A DNA stretch of 64,000 nucleotides from Euprymna scolopes (lineage: Eukaryota): assembly GCA_053919585.1 (NCBI GenBank), contig CM132784.1, one strand, 5' to 3'. The translations under genes and the position numbers were made by a program. Of the stretch, positions 37,617 to 46,570 are shown one piece after another; position 1 is the first letter of the stretch, and each line of letters starts with the position of its first letter. The notes below the pieces were generated by a model that saw only the letters and a list, made by a program, of their open reading frames with translations, searched no databases and had not been told where the DNA came from.

Positions 37617-39887
37617 ATATATATATAGTGTGTGTGTGCGCTTCTGTATGTATGTGCCTACATGCATATGTGTGTATGTATATATGTGTGTGTGTGAGTG
37701 AGAGATTGTATGTGCGTATATATCATCTGTTATCTATTTTCCTTTTTGTTTATGTGTGTGCGTGCACTCATGTTTGGATGACTGAGCACTAATATGTATG
37801 AGTGTTTGGATTGGGAATCGGGGGGGAGCACATATTCACACGCACGCACAGCGGCAACTCTCGCCTTAACACATGGGCACACACTGGCGCACGCATACAC
37901 ACACATCAAAAAAGAAAGAAAGTCATAAAAACACCATAAAAATCTTCACCAAATAGACCAAAAGCCTAACCTCCTTACTAAATGGACTTAACTCTGATTG
38001 AATTCTACAATGACACACTGACCATTGGTGACAAAAAGTCTGAGATTGAATGTGTTTTTCAGAGAAATGCCAGTGTCAAACTTTCACTTTAAAAAACCTT
38101 TATATAAAAATATCTGAAGAGCTGAACAAGACTTGAAACACGTTATAAAAATATTTTAAAATAAAAAATGATAAAAGGCTGAAAAACCCACAATTGTTGA
38201 CGGCTACACTCTTAATATATATATATATTAATTTCAAATCCACATTTTGTAAATAAACTAGTTGATTGTGATTTGTTCAGATTAGCCCAACTTGCAAATT
38301 AACAAAAGTTAAAAAAAAAAAAAAATAAATAAAATAAAAAAAATATGGTAACTAAGTAATAAGAAAATTTTTAAATATTGATTCTTAAATGTGGAACAAA
38401 TTTTACATATTTTTTTCTTTTCACATAAAAAAAAAATTTGTTTTATAAATTCAGGGAAGATTGCATCAAGAAATGCAAAGATGTTCTGTGCAGTGAGCAT
38501 GAATTAAATGAAAATCTTGATACAATTCCGATTCTCCCATCTGGACTCCAAGACACAACCATTTTGCTGAAGGATACATTAGAGAAACTACACAAAGAAT
38601 TGGAAAGCATTCTTCATGAATACAATAATAAAAAGGTAAGTGGTTTAAATCTTTTAACCGAATTGAAAATAAAAAATGAATTTTTTGAGGGGGTTTGGAA
38701 AATGAATATCGTATGTTCGCATGCAATGAAGATTTTGACTGTGCAAAATTCTTTTAAACAAGTTGTGTTGCAAGATGAAATGTTGCTGGGAAGAACAGTG
38801 AAAAAAAAATCATGGTGACGAAAGAAAATCATGGGAAGAAAAAAATTTTTTTTTCCCTAATTTCCACTGAAAAATAGTCTTGTATTGATGTGAACAAATG
38901 GTACACAAGTCCACAGTAAATTAAAACAAAAAATCTGTATTATGTAGATACCTATCATAAAATGAAAATGTAATATTCCCCCCAAAAATATAAATTGATC
39001 AATTTTTATTTTTTTTTTTTATCGTTTTTTTTTTTTTTAAAGAAAATCATTTTTAAATGATTTTAAGTGATTAATGTGAAATTGTTAGCAGTACAAGGCT
39101 GATCTTGCTAGTTTGAATTATTGTTGAATCATCTGCTCTTGTTTCTTCAAAATAGCGACACAAGACAGTCTTTTTTTTTTTTTTGCTTACTCATAAAATT
39201 TGATTTTTCTAAAAATGAAACTACTTGCTATATTCTCATGATTTTTTTGAATGACATCTTTGTAAGAGCGTGTATTCAAAGATATCTTATAACATTTTAT
39301 GTGGATGCATGCAATGATATATATCAATTCATTTAAAAAAAAAAATTTCTGAAAACATCTAAGCCAATTTCGAATCTTGCATTTGAATGGTCCAACAAAA
39401 CTGTCATTTGGATCAAGAGAGCAAGAACCAATCATCTCCACTTAATTTGTTCCATAAAATTTTTTAACTTGTTAACATTTTTGTACATAAAGATGAACTC
39501 AAATCTTGTCATAAACTTGTTTGTATTGAAAATACTTATATGAAATCGATCACTACTTTAGTTATTCCATCGTCAAATTTTTTGTTGAGGGTTTCCTTTT
39601 GTCATTCCATTTTTGTTCTTTTTTTTTTTTTTTGACTGGTCTTGTCTGTAGTTTGTAATTTTTTTTTTCTTATGCATTCATAAAAAGGATTTGAAGAACT
39701 TTTCTATCTTGCACATTCATTTGAAGCTTTTTGTTTGCTTTCGTTTTAGGCGCAGCACAAAACAGATTGGCTTCAAGCAAAAGAACGTCAACTTTTTGTC
39801 TCTTTTCACACTTGCCCGACCCAATTAGAAATGGATCTTCAAAAATTGGAAACTCGCCTGAAAGTTGAAAATATCATCCAAGATTAA
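1348..39887 (+). CDS. HAUS3: HAUS augmin-like complex subunit 3, spliced gene span (5'-partial): join(1348..1461,11184..11249,14896..15007,16014..16196,19627..19769,21752..21883,23277..23454,28457..28609,32840..32942,35637..35784,38455..38635,39750..39887)
   Basis: 12 exons with AG/GT boundaries and matching phases join into one 549-aa frame. It is colinear with human HAUS3 as I recall it, e.g. NFLSQASLSSYEAAEHKYLDEINNYIKKQF vs VFLSQFSLEKYLSQEEQSTAALTLYTKKQF, ILTGDYEMKLARQKY vs VVKGDFDLQIAKQDY, RNTVDSRN vs RNTIDTKD, KERQLFVSF vs MEREFYVYF. About 60 N-terminal residues are missing and must lie upstream of the window. Confidence 0.93.
3540..3616 (+). mobile_element. Old CR1 remnant, left part (interrupted by the 3617-8091 insertion)
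   Basis: Translates KVTD/LFGSDTFILHSKF/SYSSP, matching DLTEWLIVGIDHFIPSKKF...NSQPW of the young ORF. Confidence 0.65.
3617..7185 (-). mobile_element. Near-intact young CR1-clade (Zenon-like) LINE, family A, single ORF, poly(A) tail
   Basis: T27 tail at 3617-3643, short 3' UTR, APE-RT ORF, about 560-nt leader and no ORF1. Confidence 0.93.
3695..6625 (-). pseudogene. LINE ORF2 (apurinic endonuclease + reverse transcriptase), 976 codons with one in-frame TAA at 4082-4084
   Basis: NIRGL, LSET, GDFN, LDL, SDH (APE); [39 protein letters not shown] (RT). The frame reads CLDRV*NRLRSLVG...[13 protein letters not shown] through the stop into ORF 3695..4003. Confidence 0.95.
7343..8090. repeat. Near-identical 280-bp direct duplication (7343-7620 and 7810-8090)
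   Basis: Copies differ only in a few bases near the start and in A-run length; 190-bp unique spacer. Confidence 0.95.
8092..8745 (+). mobile_element. Old CR1 remnant, right part
   Basis: FSFVYASAIAYHNYYF (PWFS..CAAAIAHRNHFF), LSDLNQSKPFGLNSI, SSWK..V.SILKNTG, YDVQYGF; many indels. Confidence 0.85.
9698..10613. mobile_element. Non-autonomous DNA transposon with 31-bp TIRs, probable TA target duplication
   Basis: tacttgtgcaaaatttgaaccagacataact (9698) vs reverse complement tacttgtgcagaatttgaaccagacgtaact (ending 10613), 2 mismatches. Confidence 0.75.
11184..11249 (+). CDS. HAUS3: HAUS3 coding exon
   Basis: ttttcag|...|gtgagt; DEELDICQKRKEMLLQSRAAL; phase 2/2. Confidence 0.85.
11560..12650 (+). 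mobile_element. 5'-truncated CR1 family B copy interrupted by a SINE-like insert
   Basis: IEDIAKAATKKIGSL / ILYFYKP..HPCIEYCCHIW / LLDKVQKR / [12 protein letters not shown] / RLWNSLP. Confidence 0.88.
11720..12196 (+). mobile_element. SINE-like dispersed retroposon with 8-bp TSD CTATCATA and AAAC/AACC tail
   Basis: TSD at 11712-11719 and 12197-12204. Homologous copies at 18855-19232 (+) and 54428-54680 (-); tail-only pieces at 12960-13020, 30920-30975 and 54225-54275. Confidence 0.75.
12656..12856 (-). mobile_element. CR1 family A-related 3' fragment with poly(A)
   Basis: NSVPSACFPPDYNLDVSNVNKFLMNRP and the same 3' UTR hairpin as the young element. Confidence 0.85.
14247..14694. mobile_element. 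MITE with about 70-bp imperfect TIRs
   Basis: aattta.a.ct.taaattataatttacaagaatttatt...acaggatact at 14258-14310 is mirrored at 14630-14682. Confidence 0.8.
14896..15007 (+). CDS. HAUS3: HAUS3 coding exon
   Basis: tgcag|...|gtaagt; QQLSVLSKQMARSQTLIDDAKKKYTAAEQQCQDDNSK; phase 2/0. Confidence 0.9.
16014..16196 (+). CDS. HAUS3: HAUS3 coding exon
   Basis: tttcag|...|gtaagt; MQTILKHLTESVK...YIKKQFSE; phase 0/0. Confidence 0.95.
16410..17000 (-). mobile_element. 5'-truncated CR1 family B copy
   Basis: [29 protein letters not shown]...LQPLSHQRNVAS; shared 3' UTR and A-rich tail. Confidence 0.9.
18029..18228. repeat. Minisatellite, 26-bp unit tctataatagatacctatacaaatta, about 7.7 copies
   Basis: Direct inspection; each unit junction forms the hairpin TATCTA-TAA-TAGATA. 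Confidence 0.97.
18395..18852 (+). mobile_element. CR1 family B fragment
   Basis: SFKLFGLTFTGNMSWNKYI...MEYYCHIWAGAS. Confidence 0.9.
18855..19232 (+). mobile_element. Second copy of the SINE-like repeat
   Basis: Colinear with 11780-12196, same GATATGCCGTA.AACAACCAAACC tail. Confidence 0.75.
19627..19769 (+). CDS. HAUS3: HAUS3 coding exon
   Basis: ccccag|...|gtatgt; TISEISGQGECDRYELLEV...KELARLQN; phase 0/2. Confidence 0.93.
21752..21883 (+). CDS. HAUS3: HAUS3 coding exon
   Basis: tttcag|...|gtaata; YPNSERLLVQAALDQK...LASRT; phase 2/2. Confidence 0.88.
22040..23040 (+). mobile_element. Degraded RTE-clade LINE (RT with Cys-rich insert and C-terminus)
   Basis: VLEMLSMEFRTGCLEEMMYAAD, ESKGVRVNV..IKVM, CSVCGKGFESNSI, INSGWSKFKELLPLLTSR, WFGHIEKMNESSW. 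Confidence 0.85.
23277..23454 (+). CDS. HAUS3: HAUS3 coding exon
   Basis: tgtcag|...|gtttgt; LIEENQKLQ...LPLLIKKNAASQVSKILTGDYEMKLARQKYHLSKLDE; phase 2/0. Confidence 0.93.
24700..25025. mobile_element. Palindromic non-autonomous element remnant (Crypton/MITE-like)
   Basis: Perfect 20-bp inverted repeat ggctatgacaagagaatatt (24862-24881 / 24995-25014) with imperfect inner arms; attctgattggctgag upstream. Confidence 0.55.
25793..27335 (-). mobile_element. 5'-truncated CR1 family B LINE with poly(A)
   Basis: RT motifs YHPISIL, QYGL, LDISKAFDRVWH, GVPQGS; 253-aa C-terminal ORF; frameshifts; T-run at 25793-25816. Confidence 0.95.
27951..27983 (+). mobile_element. Helitron-like 3' terminus
   Basis: GCCACAGCAACGCATGGC hairpin followed by CAGCTAG|T, the canonical hairpin + CTAG end; 5' boundary not found. 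Confidence 0.6.
28457..28609 (+). CDS. HAUS3: HAUS3 coding exon
   Basis: gtccag|...|gtaata; LIQISGRQQSRQEFITAAYTVEDQHQRDAHHLL...WQKRM; phase 0/0. Confidence 0.9.
29860..30840 (-). mobile_element. Degraded RTE-clade LINE 3' part, split by a MITE
   Basis: VEKFYLDD, QNRRL.WYGHNERMDESS.VSRCR; same type as 22040-23040. Confidence 0.8.
30272..30709. mobile_element. hAT-type MITE with 5-bp TSD (GTAAA)
   Basis: TIRs CAGGGTTTGTACAGA / TCTGTATGAACCGTG; repeated CTTGAAA subterminal motifs; GTAAA at 30267-30271 and 30710-30714. Confidence 0.8.
31890..32810 (+). mobile_element. Old CR1 family B copy containing a nested family A 3' fragment (32142-32426, poly(A))
   Basis: AVKSAAKKVGFLYCARKLLTP...EYCCH, then abruptly [23 protein letters not shown] + A16, then family B resumes at LVDKVQR. 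Confidence 0.88.
32840..32942 (+). CDS. HAUS3: HAUS3 coding exon
   Basis: tttcag|...|gtaagt; SMLDDFSSVDERYQRNTVDSRNKFMKLLYDSLVA; phase 0/1. Confidence 0.92.
34259..35046 (-). mobile_element. Non-autonomous Helitron/HINE-like element with an internal duplication of about 130 bp
   Basis: Minus strand starts A|TC and ends GCCGGGCAAC...CTAG|T; GTGAAATTTCATAAAAAT..CGGCCGTTT motif; duplicated block at 34510-34620 and 34652-34770. Confidence 0.6.
35308..35553. repeat. Minisatellite, 40-bp unit, 6 copies, containing the 14-bp palindrome TTAGTGTACACTAA
   Basis: Units start at 35311, 35351, 35391, 35431, 35471 and 35511. Confidence 0.97.
35637..35784 (+). CDS. HAUS3: HAUS3 coding exon
   Basis: tttcag|...|gtaagt; ESESHPETQLCLPYSIMIEAAERSKLRKNNVLQSLAVAEEKHTERLEL; phase 1/2. 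Confidence 0.9.
35815..38215 (+). mobile_element. 5'-truncated Penelope-like element (Neptune-type): RT, Cys linker, GIY-YIG endonuclease, microsatellite-rich tail
   Basis: FDVNSLYSNIP, GTAMGTKMAPTYA, WKRYLDDCF, YHKPTDTQQYLHFQSHHP, CEVC, CTSKNVVYVIKCAACNKSYIGAT...HRS; frameshifts and stops; (TA)n on both flanks. Confidence 0.92.
38111..38147 (+). ncRNA. Degenerate minimal type I hammerhead ribozyme motif in the PLE tail
   Basis: tat-CTGAAGA-gctgaacaagactt-GAAAC-ac-GT-T-ata: both core boxes, 3-bp stem I, very short stem III, weak stem II. Confidence 0.55.
38455..38635 (+). CDS. HAUS3: HAUS3 coding exon
   Basis: ttcag|...|gtaagt; EDCIKKCKDVLCS...LESILHEYNNKK; phase 2/0. Confidence 0.9.
39750..39887 (+). 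CDS. HAUS3: HAUS3 terminal coding exon
   Basis: ttttag|; AQHKTDWLQAKERQLFVSFHTCPTQLEMDLQKLETRLKVENIIQD then TAA. Confidence 0.93.
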   Translation, partial: AQHKTDWLQAKERQLFVSFHTCPTQLEMDLQKLETRLKVENIIQD

Positions 39888-39946
39888 AGAAAACTCTTTT
39901 CATCATATTTATATTTGGTAAATGTTTTTAATGTGAAATAATCAGC

Positions 39947-39952
39947 AATAAA
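39947..39952 (+). terminator. Likely HAUS3 polyadenylation signal (AATAAA)
   Basis: First canonical hexamer, about 60 nt after the stop and just before a TE remnant begins. Confidence 0.55.
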
Positions 39953-39999
39953 TATTTTAACTTATCTTTAAAAGCAATTCTGAAAGTGCCCGGATGTCA

Positions 40000-41000
40000 T
40001 ATGGATTTGATTCTTTGAATTTTTTTAAAACCGGCTCTTCATGTATGGTATACAAACTGTGTTAAGTTTTCAAGTGGTGTCTTTTGTCTAGATTTCTTGG
40101 AACTGATGTCATTCTTTGGTGGAAGGTTTCTCGCAAACTGTCCTTCTCTTGATATGCATTGCTGTTAGTATATGTTGTCAAAGGATAATGAGAGGTGAAG
40201 TCCAGATACTGTCCAGTGAAAGTTGGTTTTCAATATGGATGACATAAAACCCTGACAAGTATGAGTTATCAGTACATCTAAGAATCTTATTTTTCTTTTC
40301 CATTGTGAACTGTAGTTGGAGGGATCAAGTTTTCATGGTCCAGTAATGTCTGAACATCTTCCTGCTGGGGCCAGAATATGAATGTATCATCCACATTGTT
40401 GGCTTAACACCATTTCCTTAAAGTATTTCATATATACATTGGCTAATCCCACTACCAGAGCTTTTGCTATATCAGATACCATCACAAAGTATGTGGTTTC
40501 TACATAGATAAGATGTTGGCCTTCTGTCGTCAACTTATCCCACACCGGTCTCATTAGTGGGTACTTTTGTGAACAGACTTACCATTTGGTTTGAAAGAAT
40601 GAGAATTTTTAAAGTGAGCTTTTTTGACATTTGACGGGAATTTGCCTATGATTGGAGTGATTATATTTACCAGGAATTGGCATGCTGAAAACTTGAGCAC
40701 TGACATTGTGCTTTAAAAGAATGCCATCTTGTAGATGATATTAAGTCCTTCAACTTAATGGAGATCTGTGACAGCTTTTGACAAATTTCTGGTTTCAAAG
40801 TTGAATTCTTATTTACTTATAGTAGCCACCAGATTCCTATAAGGTCTGCCAATTTCTATCCATTAGCACTGTAGAATTGCCTTTGTCTACATTTGATAGG
40901 TTAAACTTCGGATTTTACATTAAAAATCTTGTAAGTTATTTTTAGATTCAAGAAATGCAACTGTCAAAGTTAGAAACCAAGATATTTTTTTTTGATTGTT
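40000..41000 (-). mobile_element. Degraded Penelope-like RT remnant between the two genes
   Basis: SLFTKVP, VDDTFIFW, QFTME, FLDVLI, KPTFTGQYLDFTSHYP. Confidence 0.85.
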
Positions 41001-41619
41001 CATGATACCAATGTATTTGGTTTTTAATTTGGGTTTCAGCATAAAAGTGTGATTCTGTTGTTGCCATTGGTTACCTTATTTCTTGAATTCAAGTACTTAC
41101 AGGAGGAAACACATGAAGGTTGCAAACATCCACTATAGAAAGTGGTGCTATAAGTGACTGGATTTAAACTTGGCCGCCTTCCAAATTATGGAAATGGCAG
41201 AAGATTTTGCAAAAATTGTTTCATACCGTGAATTCCATTGACTTGTGAAGATTTCCCACTTAGATTCTTCAATCAGTTGCAAATTATTTAAAAAAATGTT
41301 TATATAAAATGTTTCATGGCAGGAAGCAACCTCAATCGAAATAACAGATGGGTGAGGGATATAGAAATATTTCATCTTATTTAAATTCATATGTAACAAA
41401 ATCCTTGCTTACAATAAAAAAAAAAGTCTTAAATATAATTTTTCACACATTCAAAGATTTTGAAATAAAAAAGTCTAACAGTTCTGATTCTAATCTTTTC
41501 ATGGCACAAAATTAAATAATTTACTCAGCTGAAATGAAAGCTCTCATATGAATTATTTATCAAACATGAAATAAAAAATGCATTTTAAAATTTACAAAAC
41601 AAAAAAACTGAAAAGGCTT

Positions 41620-44600
41620 CCATATTTGTTAACAAATATTTATTAGCACTTCCCTTTTTTTTTTTTCATAGTAATCAAGAAATTTTCCTATATTTACTGA
41701 AATTGCAATTTTTTTTAATAGAATTTGTAATGAAACATTTTCACAGCACTTTTTGTTATAACCAATAATTTAGTGTCATTTTTAACAGTAACTTCATGAA
41801 AAAAAAATGGACACATAACAGTACAAATAACTCACCAGAAAAGGAAGAAAAACACTTGGAATAATTAAATACATCAACATTTTCTCTTCTCAATTCACTG
41901 ACTGAAAACGGAGGGGAAAGGTAAAAATTGAGAATTTTTGATTCCTCATAAATAAAACCTCCACATTTTTTTTTTCCTTTTCATGCAACACTTTTTTAAA
42001 ATATTTCCATTGTTAACATTCATCGCTAGTAAATCATTTTCTCTCTGCTAAAAATAATGAATTTCTTCATTTGAAAAATAAAATGGAAAACATGTAAATT
42101 ATAGGTGTTATTATAATTTTAATATCTTCAGCATTTTTAACCGAGAAGCATATTTTAATTTAAAAAAAAAATTTTCATTCATATGATAACATTAGTAGAA
42201 CAAGGTGCTTGTGTGTTGTCTCGACTTTTGATTCCAGACAGAATCACGATGCGAAACTGCAATAATAATGCACCAAAATATAAGTTCTGCATCATGATTT
42301 CAATTAAAATCAAACAACTATTGTTGTGAAACGCACCTCGTTGTTCAACAATATTTCAAGCTGTAGGAAAGCTCATTGATTTGCTTGAAAAGAAAACTTG
42401 TTTCATGCTTCTTTCAAAGAATTTAAATGGAGCAGACGATTGTCCATGATATTTGTATTCTTCTTGAGGCTTAAACACAACACATAATACATTTACCATT
42501 GCAACAGTCATTTAAAAACATTGAAGTTTTTTTTTTCTTTTTTTTCATAACTTAAACCCTTTTTTATTTTTTAGATGACAATAGAATAATGGTCATTTAA
42601 AAAAAACTGAAAGTTTAACATGTTTTCTCAAAATTAAATGATTTTAAACAATGAACGTAAGATTAAAAAAAATACAAACTTAAGAATTAACAGATACTAC
42701 CCAAATTGTTGACAAAATATGTAGCAAAATTGCCCTTTATTTAAAGTTTTTTTTCACATAAATTTGAATCTGTATTAGGGTCGTATTAAATATAAACATT
42801 TTCATAGTTTCAAGATCAAATAAACCAAGATATTTTGTTATTCAAATATGTTTAAACAAAATTTCTTTACTTTATTTATTGAACTTTACCAATTATTCTT
42901 ATTTGTCAAAATCGACAGTTGTATATTATTTAGATTTGTTTGTAGGATCACCTTTCAAACATGGTTCAGATGTTTGTCTTAATTGACAACTTACTCTGTT
43001 CAAAATTCTCAGGAGTATAACAGAAAAATAAAGTGAAGTTTGATAGTGATACCAACCAAATTAAACATGTATCGAAAATCTATGAATTGAGTGAATTCTT
43101 ATGTTAAATTATTGAATATAGAGATGTTGGGAGTCTCTCCATCTGATGATATCACCATTCAGAAAAAAATATCTAACATTTTGTTTTAATTTTAGATTTA
43201 ATCACACAATGACAGATTCAAGAACCTAATTGTACTACAACAATATTTGAAATGGTTGCACAACATTAAAAATTCCTAATGTCTACTTCATAAAAATTAA
43301 TAGCAACATCCGATTGGGTTCTATAACTAATTTATATTTGACAGTTTATAAAATGCTTTAAAGACATACCTAAAGAAAATAAATCATCCAGATTTCAAGA
43401 TATTGACAAAGTAGGTATTAAACTGAAATACTTCTATTTTAAATGATTTGGTTAAAAAAAAAAAATATTTTGTAAAATGTTTCCATATTCTAATCAAAGC
43501 AATTTACAAATCTTAACATTTCTTCCAGGCAGAAGAAAAATAGTCTACAATTTAGACTGGGAAAAGGGGGTTTTTAAGAATTCAAGCTCAGATTTGCAAA
43601 AATCTTAAATTTTCTGATGTCTGTTTTGCTTGTGTAAAACTAAACGTTTTTTTTTTTTTAATGTTCAAATTTTACTCTAATTAGTTCGTCATTTTCTTAA
43701 AAGAAATCTAACAAAAATATTTAAACATCACTTTACACAAATTTGCATAAAGAAAATTCACATTTTAATAGGTTTTTTTTATTTTAAGCGCTGGAAAAAT
43801 TGTGATCATGGATTTAAAAATAAATTTCTCTGGAAACCTAAATAATCATCAACCTTGAAAAATACAAGTCAAGAAGGCTGGAGAGCACATCAGCCAAAAA
43901 AATCTTCAAAAACAAAATATTACCAAATTCAGAGAAAAACTTTTATATTAATTCCTCAAGAGACAGAAACATTTGATATTTTTGATTAAAAGTTTGATTT
44001 CTACTGGAAAATTGATTTTGGGTGGGGGGCATTTGAGTTTGGTGTAGTGGTTTGTGTCATTAATGAAGTCACCAAGTGGGATTCAAAATCCAAACCATTA
44101 CATTTATTCAGAAATGTATGAATCCTCCTAGCTGGAAAGGAACAGACTGCCAGGTACAACTACCTCAAACCTACATATCTAAACAGCTGAAGGATTAGAA
44201 TATTCTTCAACTTGAGTAGAAAATAATCATATCTGATTTAAATCTTTTGGATTTTTCTAATAACAAATATGTCAAAAAGGGGGAGTTTTCTTTTTCAACC
44301 ATTTCAGTATAAAAACGAATACTTACATGGTGATTAAAAACAAAAAAAAAAAAAAAAAAAAAAAAAAAACGTGCGTATGAAAATTATTTCAATAACTTAC
44401 TTTATATGTACTTTTTTTTTCTAAGATCATCTATACAAGTGATAATAGAACTTTGACTTGTGATTCAAATTAGTGTAAATGTATCACAAAAAAATATGAC
44501 TTGTAATTTTCATGATGCATTTCAATTTTCAAGCAAAAATACAGAAACAAAATTTTCATTGGAATTTTCTCAAATTATTTCAGATGATAACATTTTAATC

Positions 44601-46468
44601 TGAGGTTTTTGAGAATTTATCACTTTTTTTGTCTTAAGTCCAATAGCTAATTTCCTAATTTAGATTATTCAAACTATTGTTCTCATCGTGAGTGTTATTT
44701 TTACAATAAATCCATGAGAAAATGACATTCAGGGTGAGAACTCTTAAGTAATATGAATTATCAATCCTATTCTCAAAAAGTCAGAAAACTATTTCCTAAT
44801 ATGGCCCTTCATTCAAGTGATTTCCATCTGAATTTGCTCATAAGAATTGTTGCATTATGTATGTGTATATATATATATATGTGTGTGTGTGATTACCTAT
44901 CAAAAGGAATGTTATATATAATAAATAAACCATCTTGAAGTGCCACCATTTGTGTAAAACATGTTCTTAGTGTGTTCCACTAGATTTGAATCAACTTTTT
45001 TTTTATTTGTGCATATACACAACATGAAATCGTCCACTGATTTAAGAACCATATAAGGTAGATTTTTTTTTTTTTTTGACAAAATCAGTTCAGACAAAAG
45101 AAAATGTTTACATCAACTATTTTCTGGAGCGGAGAGATGAAGACATCTTTAGTAAAAAAAAAAAAATAAATAAAACAATTCATATTAAAAGAAAAATTTC
45201 AAAATTAATATTCAAACACATTTTTTCATCATTTTCTGATTTCGTCAAGTTTTTAAAAAAATTTATTTCATTTTACTGTGAAAAACATTTTACACATTGT
45301 TCATCAAGTTGAAACATTTTTTGTTACCTCAAAAAATCTGACATGATTGAGCAACGATGAATCCATTATATTATTCGATCGTTTAAAGGTCACACCGCTA
45401 CGAGAAACACAAATGTATGGAAAGCAGAAACCCCATCAAGGTCTACACTCTAACAGCAGTATTTGAGAAGAAAATTCTTTAGAAATTTGTGATTCTCATC
45501 TGGACAAAGTCTAAACCAAGAAAAAAAAAAAAAACAAAAAAAAAAAAAAACGTCCAAGATGGAAATAAGAAATGAATTACAATATTTGCTTTTTTTTTTT
45601 TTTTTTTAAATACTGATATTTTTTTTCTTTTACAAATTTCTACCATGCCAGCAGAGATTTTTTTTAGATGATGGCGAAACCACATAACTGCAACAAAAAC
45701 CACTTGAGTCAATTTTACCAATACATTTGGAGATAATTTAAACGAATCTAATCACGACAATCATCGGAGATGTTATAGCTAGGAGAGAGGACAGAAATGA
45801 GGGTCACGGCGAACATAAATGCAAATGGACTCCAATAGGAATTATGTACAACAGCATTTTTGTCTTTTTTTTGATAAGCAAATTTTACATTTTTTTCTTT
45901 CACTTCCAGTTGCAATTGAACTTGATAATCATCAACAGTATGTACAGAAAAACAGAAAACAGCATCTGTATGTCTATATAGACCAATTGTATAGTTTGTT
46001 TTGATAAAGAGAGCAAGTTTGTGTCAACATTTGCTTTGTATTCTTTTACCAAAAACTTGATATTTTTTCATTTGAATTTCTAAAATAGTGAAACAATGAA
46101 AACACGAAGTTCCAAAGAAATGTTGTGGGTGATGCTATTAGGTTCATTTATTTGATCGTCTCTTCACACCTAGAAAACATCAGAAACAATAATAGTGTGA
46201 CAACATTATTGTAATTGTTGTAATATATCATAATTTCATGACATGATTAGTGCGTAATCAAGATAGGAGAGAGAGAGAGAACACGAGTTGTAAAAAATAA
46301 GTGGGAGTATGCCTCCTCCTCCTCTCATCCCCTGCACTCTTGTTGTTCCTCTCCCCCATTCCTTCTTTCAGATAAAAATCCATATTTTTGGAATGTTTGA
46401 ATAAGCTGAAGGTCAGTAGATATATTTTTTTGTGATGACTAAGTTTTTTTTTTTAATGGTTTCTTTTT
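41620..46468 (-). other. Candidate long GAK 3' UTR (up to about 4.8 kb)
   Basis: Stretch without recognisable TE relics. Minus-strand AATAAA at 41639-41644 is followed by a U/GU-rich tract; more proximal hexamers also exist. Confidence 0.4.
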
Positions 46469-46570
46469 TCAACAAAGAGACTGCATTCCTTTTTCTTCAA
46501 ACTCGGCCCAGGCATCATTTAATTCCATAAAAATCATTTTTGCCAACGCTTCATGTGGCGTGCCTTGTAA
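46469..46570 (-). CDS. GAK: GAK/auxilin terminal coding exon
   Basis: tttcag|; [33 protein letters not shown] then TGA. Confidence 0.96.
   Translation of the reverse strand, partial: LQGTPHEALAKMIFMELNDAWAEFEEKGMQSLC

Noticed and set aside
37388-37792. 134-aa ORF
   Set aside because: Translation of (GT)n/(TA)n microsatellites in the PLE tail.
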